From Lingula anatina (Eukaryota > Animalia > Brachiopoda): a stretch of DNA of 64,000 nucleotides. Positions 63,241 through 64,000 of this stretch are shown here, one piece after another (the stretch's first letter is position 1; each line of letters starts with the position of its first letter). The stretch spans positions 16,554,001 to 16,618,000 of the forward strand of contig CM120642.1 in NCBI GenBank assembly GCA_051362555.1, given 5' to 3'. The position numbers and the translations under genes are program-made. The notes below the pieces were generated by a model. It worked only from the letters and a program-made list of their open reading frames with translations, was not told the origin of the DNA and made no database searches.

Positions 63241-63663
63241 CTAAAGTCGACCCCGACAACGAGCACACAATGCCAAAGCTAAATACCAAATAATACAAAT
63301 AAAAACAACTGATTAATTTGTAAAGAAACACATTTTATTTAAACCTAAAACTATATGTTTTGTACTTTTATAGTATACCAATAACAGGCAAAGAAACTAT
63401 TTCACCAACCACGTCATAAATATTGCCGACCCCACTTCAAAAGCGATGCCGCTTATTCCCGATGGTCTCCCCGCCTCCAACCCATAGCAAAACCGTTGAG
63501 AAGGCAAAAATTCAATGATCAATTTTCGAGTTTTATATTTTAAATTTGCCCATTAGCCCATATTTGTCGGCTTCCACCTCCATTTACGGCCTGCAAAACG
63601 CGATTTTCTTTAGTCAAGTGTCGCAATCTACTTATGAATGAAATATTACTAATATTACTATTA

Positions 63664-63980
63664 GACCCCATTCCGAGACATCAGAGCCGCTTAATCTGAA
63701 TGTAATTTAGCGAGAAACCCCTGGTCGATCCCGCTAGATCTTTCTAGGTGTGGGAATGGGGTCTTAGACCCCATTCCCAGTGATTAGATCGATCCAACTA
63801 GATCGACCTAACTCCCAGGGGGTTCACGCTAAATAGCTGTCAGCCGGTCGGGCATGAAAGTTAATTACCCTCTTACAGCTTGTGGTAGGCGGGACGGACA
63901 TTTAAGTCGGATTATCTGACATTAATCTAGTGAGACTCCCCACGGAGATAGATCGATCTAAAATCTATGGGAATGCGCCC
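63664..63980. mobile_element. Two adjacent PIF/Harbinger MITEs sharing TTA target duplications
   Basis: TTA-[GACCCCATTCC...GGAATGGGGTC, 63664-63763]-TTA-[GACCCCATTCCCA...TGGGAATGCGCCC, 63767-63980]-TTA. Confidence 0.85.
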
Positions 63981-64000
63981 TTAGGCACCAAAATGGAGAC

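Overview
Eukaryotic (metazoan, intron-rich, AT-rich) genomic DNA. The gene and transposon content is most consistent with a marine invertebrate such as a lophotrochozoan, which is an inference. Most entries in the ORF track are single exons or noise, so gene models were rebuilt by hand from GT-AG boundaries and reading phase. Seven protein-coding genes are supported: the first three exons of an FCHSD/nervous-wreck F-BAR gene (-); a tail-to-tail pair of LRRC74-like LRR paralogues with identical internal exon sizes; a TNF-receptor-family gene with no death domain (-); a two-domain Ly6/uPAR (three-finger) GPI-type protein (+); an HNK-1/CHST11-family carbohydrate sulfotransferase (-); and a very short IL-17-like cytokine (-). 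Introns and intergenic DNA hold hAT-like, PIF/Harbinger-like, Kolobok-like and TA-flanked MITEs, a Helentron-type element with a ~165-bp satellite, a 1.5-kb foldback element, and Tc1/mariner, RTE-LINE and Gypsy remnants. The most notable observations are: (1) a duplicated alternative last exon that switches an EF-hand pair on or off in the minus-strand LRRC74-like gene, with the neighbouring paralogue fixed in the EF-hand-less form; (2) a TIR element built from tandem units that each carry two different tRNA-like Pol III modules; (3) strong enrichment of TA-NN-NN-TA palindromes resembling Tc1/mariner excision footprints; (4) an IL-17 with an atypical five-cysteine pattern.
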